This document shows positions 10,361-22,390 of a stretch of DNA of 50,166 bases, piece after piece; positions within the stretch are counted from its first letter, which is position 1, and each line of letters opens with the position of its first letter. The DNA is taken from NCBI RefSeq assembly GCF_001194135.2, contig NC_068981.1:182782686-182832851 (forward strand). Direction: 5' to 3'. The translations under genes and the position numbers were made by a program. The notes beneath the pieces are model-generated. The model had not been told where the DNA came from. It did not search any database and worked only from the letters and a program-made list of their open reading frames with translations. This DNA comes from Octopus bimaculoides. Its lineage: Eukaryota.

Positions 10361-11461
10361 CGTAAATATGCGTACATACACGCATTATAATAGAATACGA
10401 TTGGTTTCTCGAACAAGTAGAGCGTACGCATGCACCGTATATCTATTAATGAATAATAGTTAAAGGTTCCTACTGGCCCACAACTTTTCATTACACACAC
10501 ACACAAACACACACACGTACATATTTTATGCACACATTTATATGAATACACACGCACACACATATAACACACACACTGGCGCATATATATATGTACATGC
10601 GTTAATGTAGTCATATTAAGATGTATTTATGTATGTATGTATGTATGTATGTATGTATATATGTAGAGATTATACGCATACATAAGTACAGATATACAAA
10701 TACGCGATATCAGAGTAAAACAGTTATGTGTAAAGAGCTATTGTCTAAGAAAAGAAACACAACAGAGAAAAAGAGTGGAAAAAAAGGAAAGACAGAAAAA
10801 AGCAAGGGAGAGAGGGGGAAGAAAAAGAGAAAGAGAAAGGGATAGACAGAGAGCGAGAGAGCGAGAGAGGAGAGAGAAAGAAAGAGAGAGCGGGAGAAAA
10901 CTGACAGAAAATGAAACGAAGCGAGTGAAAGGAAGAGATTTATTGCAAAATTTCTGACAAACTATTTTACGGTTTAATTTGTAAACCTATTCGTCGGAAA
11001 GAATAAACTAAATAGTATAAATTCAAGTCAGAAAATGTTTGTCATGAGTTATTGCAAACAGCTGTTGGCTGTTAATAGTTACTTCTATAATGTCTAAAGG
11101 CTAAACAATTTCGAAACGTCACAGATAATTTCAATGTCGGCAGAAATGCTGGCAGACGACTGGTAGTAATTGTGTCTTATCGTCATTTCATTAAAGTGAA
11201 ATTCATGATTGATGCTCGTTGATTTGGCTGATGTGGCGTGGATAATGAATATATACATATCTCTAGAAATTTCACAAATAATTATGATGTAAGTACGCTT
11301 GCTAAGTTAATCTCCATTTCTCATATCATACGCACAAACGTCACTAACAGCAGCAGTAACAGACTAGCGACGATGGTGCCTTTAAGTGGTCATTAGGCAA
11401 AGTAAAACTGAAAATGAAATCTCCCTCAAATCCCACCCTAATACAAAATATTAAACCAAGA

Positions 11462-12080
11462 GGCGCAGGCGTAAGTGTATGATTAAGAAGCTTATTTCCC
11501 AACCTTGTGGATTTGGATTCAGTTCCACTGCGCAGCACCTTGGATAAGTGTCTTCTCCTGTAGTCCCGAACCGACCAAATCCTTGTGAGTGGATTTCGTA
11601 GACAGAAACTGTGTGTATTTCCATCATAGGCAGGGCCAACAAAACAAAATACTCCATTCAGTGAGTGATAAAAATCATCTAATATGCACAATTACGAAAG
11701 AGCTACTAACTGCTTCATGTTTTAAGATACATTAAACATGTCATATATCTCAAAAGCAATCTTTCAGGCTCAGTTTGTAACGTTAAATGTATTGAAAACC
11801 AGGACGCTGGCTTATGAGAAAACATGAGAAAAAAAAAATGTGAAGAAGAAATGCGCGCGTGTGTGCGCGCACGTGCGTGTCTGAGTTTGCGTTTGTTTCA
11901 CGCCACTCCTTGACAGCCATTGTTGGTTTGTTCGTATCCTCGTAACTTAGCGGTTTGGTAAAATAGACTGACAGAATATGTACCAAGGTTAATAAAATAA
12001 AACTGGGATGGTTTTGTTTGACTAAACTCTTCAAGGCAGAATACGAAAATGGCTGCAGTCCAATGAATGAAACAAGTAAC
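11462..12080 (+). mobile_element. SINE family A split by ~270 bp at its internal slot (head 11462-11612, tail 11885-12080)
   Basis: Head/CORE gcagcaccttggataagtgtcttctc...gtggatttcgtagacagaaact; tail cgtaacttagcggtttgg...ggctgcagtccaatgaatgaaacaag. Confidence 0.65.
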
Positions 12081-12134
12081 TGTTAAAAGACGAAGCGACC
12101 CTAATTATGTTAATCATATCTTTTATATCTTTAA

Positions 12135-12310
12135 TTTGTTTCTGTCATTAGACTGCGACCATGCTGGGGCACCACTTTGAAGAATTTTAGACGAACGAAT
12201 CGATCCCAGTACATTTCTTAAAACCTAATACTTATTCTATCGGTCTCTTTCTCTGAATCGCTAAGTTACGGGACATAAATACACCAAACGATGGGCAAAC
12301 ACAGACACAA
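12135..12310 (-). mobile_element. SINE family A 3' half; the matching head is probably at 14250-14330
   Basis: tttctgtcattagactgcgaccatgctgggg...cgctaagttacgggacataaa, followed by the CA/TA slot. Confidence 0.75.
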
Positions 12311-12344
12311 AGACACACACATAGATATACACAATAATATATAT

Positions 12345-12379
<35 letters not shown>

Positions 12380-12930
12380 NNNNNNNNNNNNNNNNNNNNN
12401 NNNNNNNNNNNNNNNNNNNNNNNNNNNNNNNNNNNNNTATATATGTATTAGCAGTAATACCCGTCATTGATCGGGTAATTACTTTTACTGTTTTTCGGGG
12501 GCCACATTCAAAGTATTGTTATATATATAGTTTACACCTCCTGTATGTGTGTATTTTTATAAGAGAGAAATACATAATAATTGAAGTAGAAAGAAGATCA
12601 ATTTCATACATGAACTTCTGTTTGTTTATTATATGACAATAATAGGCGAGTTGCATGTGTTATTTTATTTATCAATACAGTAGTGGCAATTATATAATAT
12701 ATTTATAATAGAAAAAAACATGTAATAATTGAAGTAGAAAAAGAGCATTTTCATTCATGAACTTCTGTTTATTTATTATATTATAGTAATAAATGAATTG
12801 CATGTATTATTTTACTTATCAATACAGCAATGGCAATTATATAATACAGTTCATTTAAATAGGTAATTTACTCAATCTTGAATGTAATGATAGTAATGTT
12901 AAGTTAAGTTATTGAAGTATTCATGTTGCA

Positions 12931-13830
12931 TTAAGAATGAATATTTCTATATAAACAGTGTTTTTTGTTTTATTTCGGTGGGGGGGGGGGCATAAGCAAA
13001 AAGATTTGCTTTTGTTTCCACACATAATGCCCTACATAAAGTTGACCATGTGAAAAGCATGGTTGTTCAAGTTGCAATCCACCAACTTTTAGTGTTTTTC
13101 CCTGACTTTTATTAATGCTCATGACAAAAGAAACCGGATAGGAAACTGTAACCGTTCAAATTGGAATGGGACATTAGGTGGTATAACTGGTATGCGAGGA
13201 ATGAAGACGGTCTCACATTTACCACAACCAGTGAGAATAACTGCCTCAATGCTGCTCCTCAAAAGTTTGTGCACAATTAATCTTGCACCATTGCATAACT
13301 TTGGTTGAGACAAATTACGCAATAGCATAATTGGAGTCCATTTTTTCAGCTGAAGACAATGAAGAGCTGTACCTGATAGTTGTAGTGAGTTAAAAAATTT
13401 GATGGGGTAGTTAACAATATCCTGATCATCAACAACACTATCAATTGATTTATAAGTGAATATTTCTCCCGGACTTTTATTCACTAGGATATTATTAATG
13501 CTATGTACAGAAACAGATTTTGGAGCCAGGATAGCTCGCTCACATATCCAATCTGTAGTGTTGTAATTACGAAGAAGATTAAGGAATACTTCATCCACCA
13601 AATCGTCGACGGAATCAGTTGAACTACATATTGGACTGAGTGTAAGAAACTGTTCTTCATCAATTGGAACTTTCCTTTCACCGAGTTTCAGAGGCTGCTC
13701 TGCAAATAGTTCAGCTGATTGATGTCTTAAAAGTCTCGATCTCATTTTTGTCAAAAGTTGGAGTGTTTTCACATGATGCCATAATACAGAAGACTTTATT
13801 GAAGCATTGAGCTTACCGATAGGGAAATGA
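12931..13830 (-). pseudogene. Helitron RepHel PIF1-family helicase C-terminal half, frameshifted
   Basis: LWHHVKTLQLLTKMR...RAILAP...PIMLLRNLSQPKLCNGARL...FIPRIP...RLQFPIR, then after a frameshift SINKSQGKTL...PCFSHGQLYV and NTVYIEI. Confidence 0.92.
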
Positions 13831-13974
13831 AATTACAAATGCAAATGAAATTACAAATGCTGTGTCCTGTCAGTCAGATTTAGGTTTACTCGTCCTGTAT
13901 GTGTGTTTTATAATATAAGAGAAAAATATGTAATAATTGTGTAGAAAAAAGATGGATTTCATATATGAACTTCT

Positions 13975-14222
13975 GCTTGTTCTTCAAGTTGCAATCCAGT
14001 AACTTTTAGTGTTTGGCCCTGACTTTTAGTAATGCTCATGGCAAAAGAAAGTGGGATAGGAAACTGTAAGGGCTTAAATTTGAATTGGACATTAGATGGT
14101 ATAACTGGTATACGAAGAGCGAAGACTGTGTCACGTTTACCACAACCAGTGAGAATATTTACCTCAATACAGTTCGTCATAAGTTTGTGCAAAATTAATG
14201 TTAGCTCCCTTGAACCATTTAC
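13975..14222 (-). pseudogene. Second, internally deleted copy of the helicase C-terminus
   Basis: NGSRELTL...IEVNILTGCGKRDTVFALRIPVIPSNVQFKFKPLQFPIPLSFAMSITKSQGQTL. Confidence 0.88.
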
Positions 14223-14249
14223 TTTCAGGATATTGTAGAGGATATTGTA

Positions 14250-14330
14250 GAAGCCCAAGGTACCACACAGTTGAATTGAATCCGCAATCCTGTGATTGGG
14301 AAGCAAGCAGTTTATCACACAGCCATATGC
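14250..14330 (-). mobile_element. SINE family A head
   Basis: cccaaggtaccacacagttgaattgaatcc...aagcaagcagtttatcacacagccata. Confidence 0.7.
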
Positions 14331-14504
14331 AATTTAATTTAATTTAGATGACTTTTGAAACTATTATTCAAAGATTACCTCGTTATCATTACGTATTTAA
14401 TTAGGACAGACACAGTATGGTCACAGACCACTGACTGAAACAAGAACAGTTAAAAGACAACATCTGCAGCAAAATAATCCGTTCTACTACAAGCACAAGT
14501 TTCT

Positions 14505-14658
14505 TTTGCCGTACAGTCTCCGTCTATTAAATTCACTCAAAGCGCATTGGTCGGCCCGGGACTATAGTTGAAGACACTTGCTCAAGGTGCCATGCAGTGG
14601 GACTGAACCTGAAATCACGTGGTTGCAAAGTAAGCTTCTTAACCACACAGCCCTGCCG
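14505..14658 (-). mobile_element. SINE family A head plus CORE
   Basis: ggtcggcccgggactatagttgaagacacttgctcaaggtgccatgcagtgggactgaacc...aaccacacagcc. Confidence 0.8.
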
Positions 14659-15585
14659 CACGTTTTGCAGTAAAAGAAAAAGTCGACCTCTGCATAATTT
14701 GAACTCAGAACGTAAAGACGGAAGAGATGCCGCTAAGCATTTTATCCGGTGAGGTAACGATGAATTACAATATCGTTAGAAAGCAGAAAGATAAAGAAGA
14801 AAGAAAGTATGGTAGACGGAAACATGTAATCACAGAGACAATGATTTAACGTGTGTATATTTCGATATTATATTTTATATATTTCCAAATTTTCCAATTT
14901 AGAATTAAAATATTCAGGGAAAGAAAAATCGTCCACCACAAAAGATTAACAACAAAAGCTGTTATAATAGCGACAAAAACAACAAAAAGATAAACAACAG
15001 CCAAATGACAGCTACTAACATACATAAGTTGAAGTTGTAATTTTTCCCCTCGAGCTCTAATCATCTATGCATATCGAACACTGATCATAAAAAAAAAGTA
15101 AGCATCAAATATTAATAGAAACACTGAAGTTGTCATCATCAATCAGTATGACCATCTCAAGATGGCGGAACTCTGACATACAGACGAGAGCTTTTATCTT
15201 CATAGTAATTAGATTCCAACAAAGATAAATGCTTTTGATTCAAATGAGATTAAATTACAGTCTGAGGTAAATTTAATGATTTATAGCTAACCTCCGTCTG
15301 GGTTCATACCGACCATGTTGACGGGATAGATTTATCTGATAAATACACTATAGGTGTGGCATTAGTATCCCATCTAAAGACAAATCTCGGGATTGTTTTG
15401 TGGAGAGTAATCATTAGCAAATCAGTTATTCATTATTATTTAACTCGTAGGTTTGGTGGTAAATGACTGGGAAAGATAAACATCGAGAATATTCTTTCGT
15501 TCGTTTGACTTGTTTCAATAACTATGTAATTATTGAAACGGCGTTTCTATGCAACACAGTATAAGTAGAAACTTTTATTATTGGA

Positions 15586-16142
15586 AAGATGGTGAGCTGG
15601 CGGTATTCCTATCACGCCGGACAAAATGCTTAGCGTCAGTTCATCCGTCTTTACGTTTTGTTTTCAAATGTCGTCGCGGTCGACTTTGCCTTTCATCCTT
15701 TTTGGGGTCGATGAAATATATACCAGCTCAGCACTAGGGTCGATGTAATCGACTTACTCGCACCCCCAAATTTCCATACCTTGTGCCTATTAATAGAAAC
15801 GATTATTATTATTATTGAAAGCGGCGAGCTTGGCAGAATAATTACCTCATCGGACAAAATGCTTAGCGGCATTTCTTCCAACTTTACGTTCTGAGTTCAA
15901 ATTTCGCTGAGGTTGACTTTGCCTTTCATCCTTTCGGGGTCGATAAAATAAGTACCAGTTGAGCACTGGGGCCGATGTCCTGGACCATATCCCAAATTTC
16001 AGGGTTTATGCCTATAAGGGAGAGAATTATTTCCGCCGAGGTTAACCTTGCCTTCCATCATTTGAGCACTGAGGCCGGTGTAGCCGAGTTACCTCCTCCA
16101 CTAAAATTGATGGCCTTATACTAAAATTTGAAACCATTATTA
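15586..16142 (+). mobile_element. Head-to-tail stack of three family B SINEs (15586-15815, 15818-16030, 16030-16142), tail type 2
   Basis: Repeated ctttgcctttcatcctt core; the first tail ends gattattattattatt and the next head follows immediately. Confidence 0.85.
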
Positions 16143-16914
16143 TAAAGTCGTATCTCTTTTAGTTAGAACCAATGATCAGCGAGCAAAATATTTCACGCGT
16201 TGCTGAAGTTAATAATAATTCTGACAGTTGAATTGCTATAGTAACAAATTGAATTATTTTATAACTTATGATAACACAACTGCGTTATATGATTGACCAT
16301 GACAGTAGAGCAGCGAATTAACTTCATTATAGAATATAGCTGAGACTTTCATTAGTTTTAATGAGGTCTGTTTTGCCTTTCATATCCTCGCTATCAACTT
16401 TTGTCTCATTTTATTCATTTTTGATTTGATTTTATTTCAACTTTCCCTTTATCATCTCATTTATTTCTGATATAAAAGGAATGTTCTGGAAGAAAGCTAA
16501 AGCTAAGAACATAATCGTTTTAACTGTTTGACTAACTAAATTCAACACCAAATATTTGCGTTTCAGTTGTTTATCTTTTTCTTTAATTGCATACAATATC
16601 CTTGTGAATCAATAACGATTTATTGTAAACTTTCACTTTCAAATATACTATCATCGACATTAAAATAAAATATTCTTTTTGTTTTTTTTACTATCTACCA
16701 TATAACCTTCATCTCTTTTTTACTCATTATTATTTTGAATTGAAGTATTGCAATTATTAAAACAATGGATAACAGCGCTATAATTTAAATAATAGATTAC
16801 ATTTGATATGTAGAAATTACTCAGAAGACACAAGAGATGAATTAAGAATTATACATACATACATACATGCATACATACACATACCTGTTTGTGTGTGTGT
16901 GTACGTATGTGTTT

Positions 16915-17055
16915 GAAGGTGCGTGGCCTAGTGGTTAGAATGTTACACTCAATAGTAAGATCGCGGTTTCGATTCCCGCAGTTTCGATTCCCGGGGTGGT
17001 GCATTGTGTTCTTGAGCAAAACTCTTCATTTCACGTTGTTCTCTCTACTGAAAAG
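16915..17055 (+). mobile_element. tRNA-headed CORE-like SINE, second type, with duplicated B box
   Basis: gtggcctagtggttag...gtttcgattcccgcagtttcgattcccc...ttgtgttcttgagcaaaactcttcatttcacg. Confidence 0.75.
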
Positions 17056-18169
17056 TAATGTTTATTGTCTCTTCAGCATGGCTGTTTCGTATAATGTTAC
17101 TACTCTTTTATAACCCCAGGAGAACATTTCCTCCAGCTGGTTAACAACACAACCTGTGTCCGATTTACTGTGAGCAGGAGAGCGAACTCCTTTTTGAGAG
17201 GAACAAGAGGCCAGCCTGGTTTCACGGTGTTTTCCCTTCCTCAGTGCTGGTCACCTGTCTGCTAAAGATAGCAGTCGTTCGCCCCAACTCGCTATATATA
17301 GAAAAATAAGCGACATTCAGCCACTGATTTTGCAACTAGCAAAGTTGGTAGTTCTAAAATCATTATAAGATATGTAAGTAGTAACTCTACCGAAAAGAAT
17401 ATAAATATACATACATACATACATACATACATATACACATTCATACATNNNNNNNNNNNNNNNNNNNNNNNNNNNNNNNNNNNNNNNNNNNNNNNNNNNN
17501 NNNNNNNNNNNNNNNNNNNNNNNNNNNNNNNNNNNNNNNNNNNNNNNNNNNNNNNNNNNNNNNNNNNNNNNNNNNNNNNNNNNNNNNNNNNNNNNNNNNN
17601 NNNNNNNNNNNNNNNNNNNNNNNNNNNNNNNNNNNNNNNNNNNNNNNNNNNNNNNNNNNNNNNNNNNNNNNNNNNNNNNNNNNNNNNNNNNNNNNNNNNN
17701 NNNNNNNNNNNNNNNNNNNNNNNNNNNNNNNNNNNNNNNNNNNNNNNNNNNNNNNNNNNNNNNNNNNNNNNNNNNNNNNNNNNNNNNNNNNNNNNNNNNN
17801 NNNNNNNNNNNNNNNNNNNNNNNNNNNNNNNTATATATTTATATTTATATATTTATATATTTGATCCTTTATATTGAACACTCAATATTTCATCTACATT
17901 CAATACTTTCTTTCATGGTGCCATCCATTTTTATTTTATTTTATTTTATATTATATATTGTATATTATATTATATATTGTATATTCCATATTCTATACCC
18001 CACATTGGTTCTGCAGGAATATAAATAAAACATAAAAAACAGACAGTGTTGGAACTCTTTTAAACTAAATTATATATATATATATATATGTATGTGCGTG
18101 TGTATATACATATATTATATGTATTAATATATATATACACCACGTACGCGCTAACACACACATGTTTAT

Positions 18170-18330
18170 AAGAAAAGAGATGACGAAAGAATAAACGATT
18201 ATCTTATGAACTTCGGTAGCTTACAGCTGTTTCCACTATAAGATGCGATGGACTCATTGCTGAGCACCTTACAGCTTCATCAGAGCCATAAATATAACTA
18301 ACACTTCATCTAGAATCAGACATGTATTGA
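18170..18330 (-). mobile_element. Penelope-like remnant
   Basis: agcttacagctgtttc...cttcatcag, flanked by TA tracts; contains the hammerhead motif below. Confidence 0.6.
18217..18288 (-). ncRNA. Type I hammerhead ribozyme-like motif with intact core
   Basis: Minus strand: tggct-CTGATGA-A-gctgtaaggtgc...gcatcttatagt-G-GAAA-C-agct-GTA-agcta; 12-bp stem II with 3 G-U pairs, 5-bp stem I, GUA cleavage triplet. Confidence 0.7.
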
Positions 18331-18366
18331 GTTCTACACTAGGTTATTAGTATCGCTATGCCTAAG

Positions 18367-18414
<48 letters not shown>

Positions 18415-18774
18415 AATGGATGCGTGGCCTTAAATCAAATAATAATATATATAATTTAATAGTATGTTGGAAAACGCGACAGATTTCGGCTAAATAAACG
18501 GTTTCGTACTCTACACCTGTATTGCACACAGTTTAAAAGTAAACCATCATAGCGTGTGGAATTCGAGCCACGTTATATAGTGATATGCTGTTAAAACCAT
18601 GGAAGCTATTCAATTAGTTTGTGTAGCAGTGACAGTCTTACGCAACAACATTCGGCTTAAGGGAAACCTGTGTATGTCACATATATAGCTTAAAATGGAA
18701 ATTACGTTACCTGCATTTATTGCTGTGAAACGTAAGTTGCGATATAAACTTTTAGTTTCAGTTCAATGAAAAAA

Positions 18775-18820
<46 letters not shown>

Positions 18821-19649
18821 TTAATGGCTTAGTCAGAAAAGGTAGGGCAGAGTCCATATTGTTTTTCCTGGCGTCCATGACTGTTTGGAGGACGGGAAGA
18901 AATTATTCACGATACTAGAGACCTGATCCGAAGGACTCGGCTTAAGGGCCAAGGGCCAAGCGCTGGTATTGAACCGGAAGGCGGATTTGAAATAGCATAA
19001 CCCGATCAGAAGTGCGTGTAAAATATTAATTTATAACCATCTCATTTTTGGACAACTAAGTTGTCGATTCCCTTTCATAAAAAATGAAAAACGAAATTAC
19101 AAGCAGTATTTATTCCTTGATTTATATACTGAAAACTACGAACGAACGGCACTTTTTTCTATGTCTACAATATATTTTATGTATTTTTCCTGTTATCTAT
19201 TGAATTGTGTTGTTGCTTTCCTGATTATGGTAACGTGGAATGACGAAAGCAGCAACCAATCTCTACAGAGAAATGCAATTCTATCGCAGGTTTTCATCTG
19301 TCGTTTTTACACGGATACATTTCCAATGACGTTTGTGTGATTTATTACTTCTGTCATGCCCATTGCACAAAAGCAAACTTGTGCAGTATTGTGTTCGTTA
19401 AAGTTCAGTATTGTATGAACGATGATTCAGATGTAATAATACAACGTAATATCAAATATATACCGCAAACACGCAGAGGTTTCAGCTTAGTTTTCTCCGG
19501 AGGAAAAAGAAAAAGAAACAAAGTAAAAAAATCTATTTTGTAAATCTAACGATTCAATAATATATAACTATTATTGGTGATAGTGGCGGATGATATAACA
19601 AAGCGTTATCTAAATACAATGCAGCAGATATACGAACGAATAACGAAGC

Positions 19650-19850
19650 ATCTGGTGGTCACTCGGCTTACTAGAAATAACAGCTGAATCTCACTCACAT
19701 CCTAATATGTCCTATTAGGAAAGAAGACATTAGACAATGTGATTTAGGATACACTATTCCTGAGAAAACAAAAGCAAAAGATGCAGGATTGTCATGGCTT
19801 GAAAGTGTTTAATCAAAATTATAGTTGATTTGGGGTTAAACAACAACATT
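19650..19850 (+). mobile_element. Family D repeat ending in an AAC-type tail
   Basis: actcggcttactagaaataacagc...gaagacattagacaatgtg...gtcatggcttgaaagtg...ggggttaaacaacaac. Confidence 0.65.
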
Positions 19851-19854
19851 ATCA

Positions 19855-20195
19855 TGAGCAGGCGGTGCCCCAGCATGGCCGTAGTCAAACGACTGAAACA
19901 AGTAAATGAAAAAAGATAATAGTAATAACAGCAACAACAGAAGCAGCATTTCGATTAGAACCTCTGCACTTTGACTTCCAAAATATTATCAACTGAAGTT
20001 TGAAGAACTCTTCGTTTTATTTTTTTTCTTTGTTTTTTTTTTCTTCTTGTTTCAATCATTGAACTGTGGCCATGCTGCGGCGCCGCCTTGAAGGGTTTTA
20101 GCTGAACTCGGCTCTCTAGAAATAACAGCCGCTTTTCACTTACGCCCTAACAGGTCCTATTAGAAAAGGAGACATTAAACAATGTGATTCTAGTA
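19855..20195. mobile_element. Family A tail fragments (+ 19855-19915; - 20040-20100) and family D fragment (+ 20105-20195)
   Basis: ggcggtgccccagcatggccgtagtc; tcattgaactgtggccatgctgcggcgccgcc; actcggctctctagaaataacagc. Confidence 0.65.
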
Positions 20196-20197
20196 AG

Positions 20198-20526
20198 CGG
20201 AATTAGAACTCAGAACATAAAGCCGGACGAAATGCCGCTAAGCATTTTTCCCGGCAAGCTAACGATTCTATCAGTTCCCCGCCTTGCAATGCTGGTTTCA
20301 AATTTTGGTACAGGGGTAGCAATTTTGTGGGAGGAGTAAATCGATTAAATCAACCCCAGTACTTAATTGGTATGGTACTTATTTTGTCGACCCCGGAAGG
20401 ATGAAAGGCAAAGTCGACCTCGGCAGTATTTGAACTCAGAAAGTGAATATGGAAGAAATGCCGCTAAGCATTTTGTTCGGCGCGGTAACGATTCTGCCAG
20501 CTTACCACCTTGACTAGATAGTATAT

Positions 20527-20577
<51 letters not shown>

Positions 20578-20790
20578 TTCTACTGAAGACACAAGGTCTG
20601 AAATTTTTTGGGGAAGGGACTAACCGACTACATCGACCCCAGTGGGTAACTGGTACTTACCCCATCGACCTCGAAAGGATGAAAGGCAAAGTCGACCTCG
20701 GCGGAATTTTGAACTCAGAACGTAAAGACGGACGAAGCACCGGTAAGCATTTTGTTCGGCACACTAACGATTCGACCAGCTCACCACCTT
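20198..20790 (-). mobile_element. Stack of three family B SINEs with (TAA)n tracts, tail type 2
   Basis: Copies at about 20198-20285, 20290-20512 and 20577-20790; (TAA)n at 20527-20577 and 20798-20826. Confidence 0.85.
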
Positions 20791-21565
20791 AATATTAGTA
20801 ATAATAATAATAATAATAATAATAATATAAATAAAAATAAAAGGCCTTCTATCGACCAGTGGACAAATTACAGGCTTGACTAATAATATTATCAGCTAAA
20901 TTGCGAAAAGTAATCTATTACGGCCGGTTCTAAAAGCAAAAACAATACTCAATCCATTTTTATTATTCTTAATCGAAATGTTTTCGTTAATGTAAATTAA
21001 ATTAAAGAAGAAGAAAATGAACAAAAACACAGAATGTATAAGTGATGGCAATAGCTCTAACAGCAACAACAACAACAACATTATAAAGAACGTTTCCAAC
21101 ATGGAAATAATCAAAACCGAAGACGATAATAGGAAAAAAGTTAATAAAATAAAAATAAACAAAATACATACACAAAATGGTGAAAAAAAACAATGATTTG
21201 CTGATTAAATTGCAGTTAGAATGATAATACGGTTTCATTGGAAATTAAAACTATTGATCGGGTTCGGTGAAAATATATGGGACACCTGTTACTGAATTCT
21301 GTGATTGAGAACTAAAATAAATATGGCGACTACATGTGTTAATTGTTTTGTTTTGTTTGCTTTTCATTATTTCTAGAGGACGATTCTTACGTGTATATCT
21401 GGAAAATATAATTTTGGAATTCATTGTGGAAACACTGAATCAAGTGTTTGGCTGCAGGCAAAACTGTTTAATTGCAATGTGCGGCAAATGACAGATTTAG
21501 TCCCGGAACACGCAAAAATTAAAGGTTTCATAAAACATTGCTTCGTTATTAATTTAGCTTTTTAA

Positions 21566-21790
21566 GGCGGCGAGGTGGTTGAATCGTTAGCACGCCGGAG
21601 AAAAATGCTTAGCAGTATTTCTTCCTGCTTTATGTTCTGAGTTCAAATCCCGCCGAGGTCGACTTTGCCTTTCATCCTTTCGAGCTCAATGAAATAAGCA
21701 CTAGTTGAACACTGGGGTTGATGTAAACGACTTAAACCCTCTCCCGATATTACTGACCTTGGGCCAAAATTTGAAACGATTAGTATTATT
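21566..21790 (+). mobile_element. Full-length SINE family B, tail type 2
   Basis: ggcggcgaggtggttgaatcgttagcacgcc...gaggtcgactttgcctttcatcc...ccttgggccaaaatttgaaacgatt. Confidence 0.85.
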
Positions 21791-21981
21791 TATATAATAT
21801 ATATTTCATCAGCCAATTTATGTTAACGAACAGTTTCATAACGAAGAATCTTCAATTACAATCATCGGACACGGCTCAATAGAAAAGAATGTGCTGGGCT
21901 CTTTGTTACGGGAGGCCTGAAGCGGCTACATCCGGTTTATAGTTCTCAGGAATATTGCTCCCCATCCCCTAAAAAAAAATG

Positions 21982-22023
<42 letters not shown>

Positions 22024-22061
22024 ACGCACATATATACACACATATATGCACGTATACAATC

Positions 22062-22390
22062 GCAGATGTGGCTATGTGGTAAGAAATTGGCTTTGCAATC
22101 AAGTAGTTCCGGGTTCAATCGCACTATGTCTTCTACTGTAGCACGGAAGTGACCAGATCTTTTTGAGTGGATTTGGCTGGCAGAAAATGAAAGAAGTCTG
22201 TCTTTTGATTGTCTCCCACCTTCGTTGACAACCCATGTTTACGTCCTCGCAGCATAGCAGTTTGGCAAAAAAACTGATATAATAAGTACGAACCTTGAAA
22301 AAAAAGTAGTTATTACTGGGGTCGATTCGTTCGATGAAGAACCTTTTAAGGCGGTGCCCCACCATAGACGCAGCCCAATGACTGAAACTA
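22062..22390 (+). mobile_element. SINE family A lacking the internal microsatellite
   Basis: Head, CORE remnant and tail are contiguous (aaagaagtctgtc joined directly to ttttgattgtctccc). Confidence 0.75.

Larger units (their letters stand above)
12448..14222 (-). mobile_element. Rearranged Helitron remnant including its 3' terminus
   Basis: Minus strand has hairpin tacccg-atcaatga-cgggta (12458-12477) followed 6 nt later by CTAA (12448-12451, CTRR) and then T; upstream PIF1-family helicase is in the same orientation. Confidence 0.8.

Noticed and set aside
10338-10363. 26-bp perfect palindrome acgaatgttatatatataacattcgt
   Set aside because: Centred on a TA run and preceded by a direct copy of the arm; best explained as microsatellite slippage or fold-back.
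11095-11125. Other CGAAAC-GT or GAAACAGCTGTA strings (11112, 24360, 45490) as hammerheads
   Set aside because: No CUGANGA core at a workable distance, or stems too degenerate to support a call.
15157-15170. YY1-like motif CAAGATGGCGG
   Set aside because: An isolated short match with no CpG-rich or promoter context; it can occur by chance in 50 kb.
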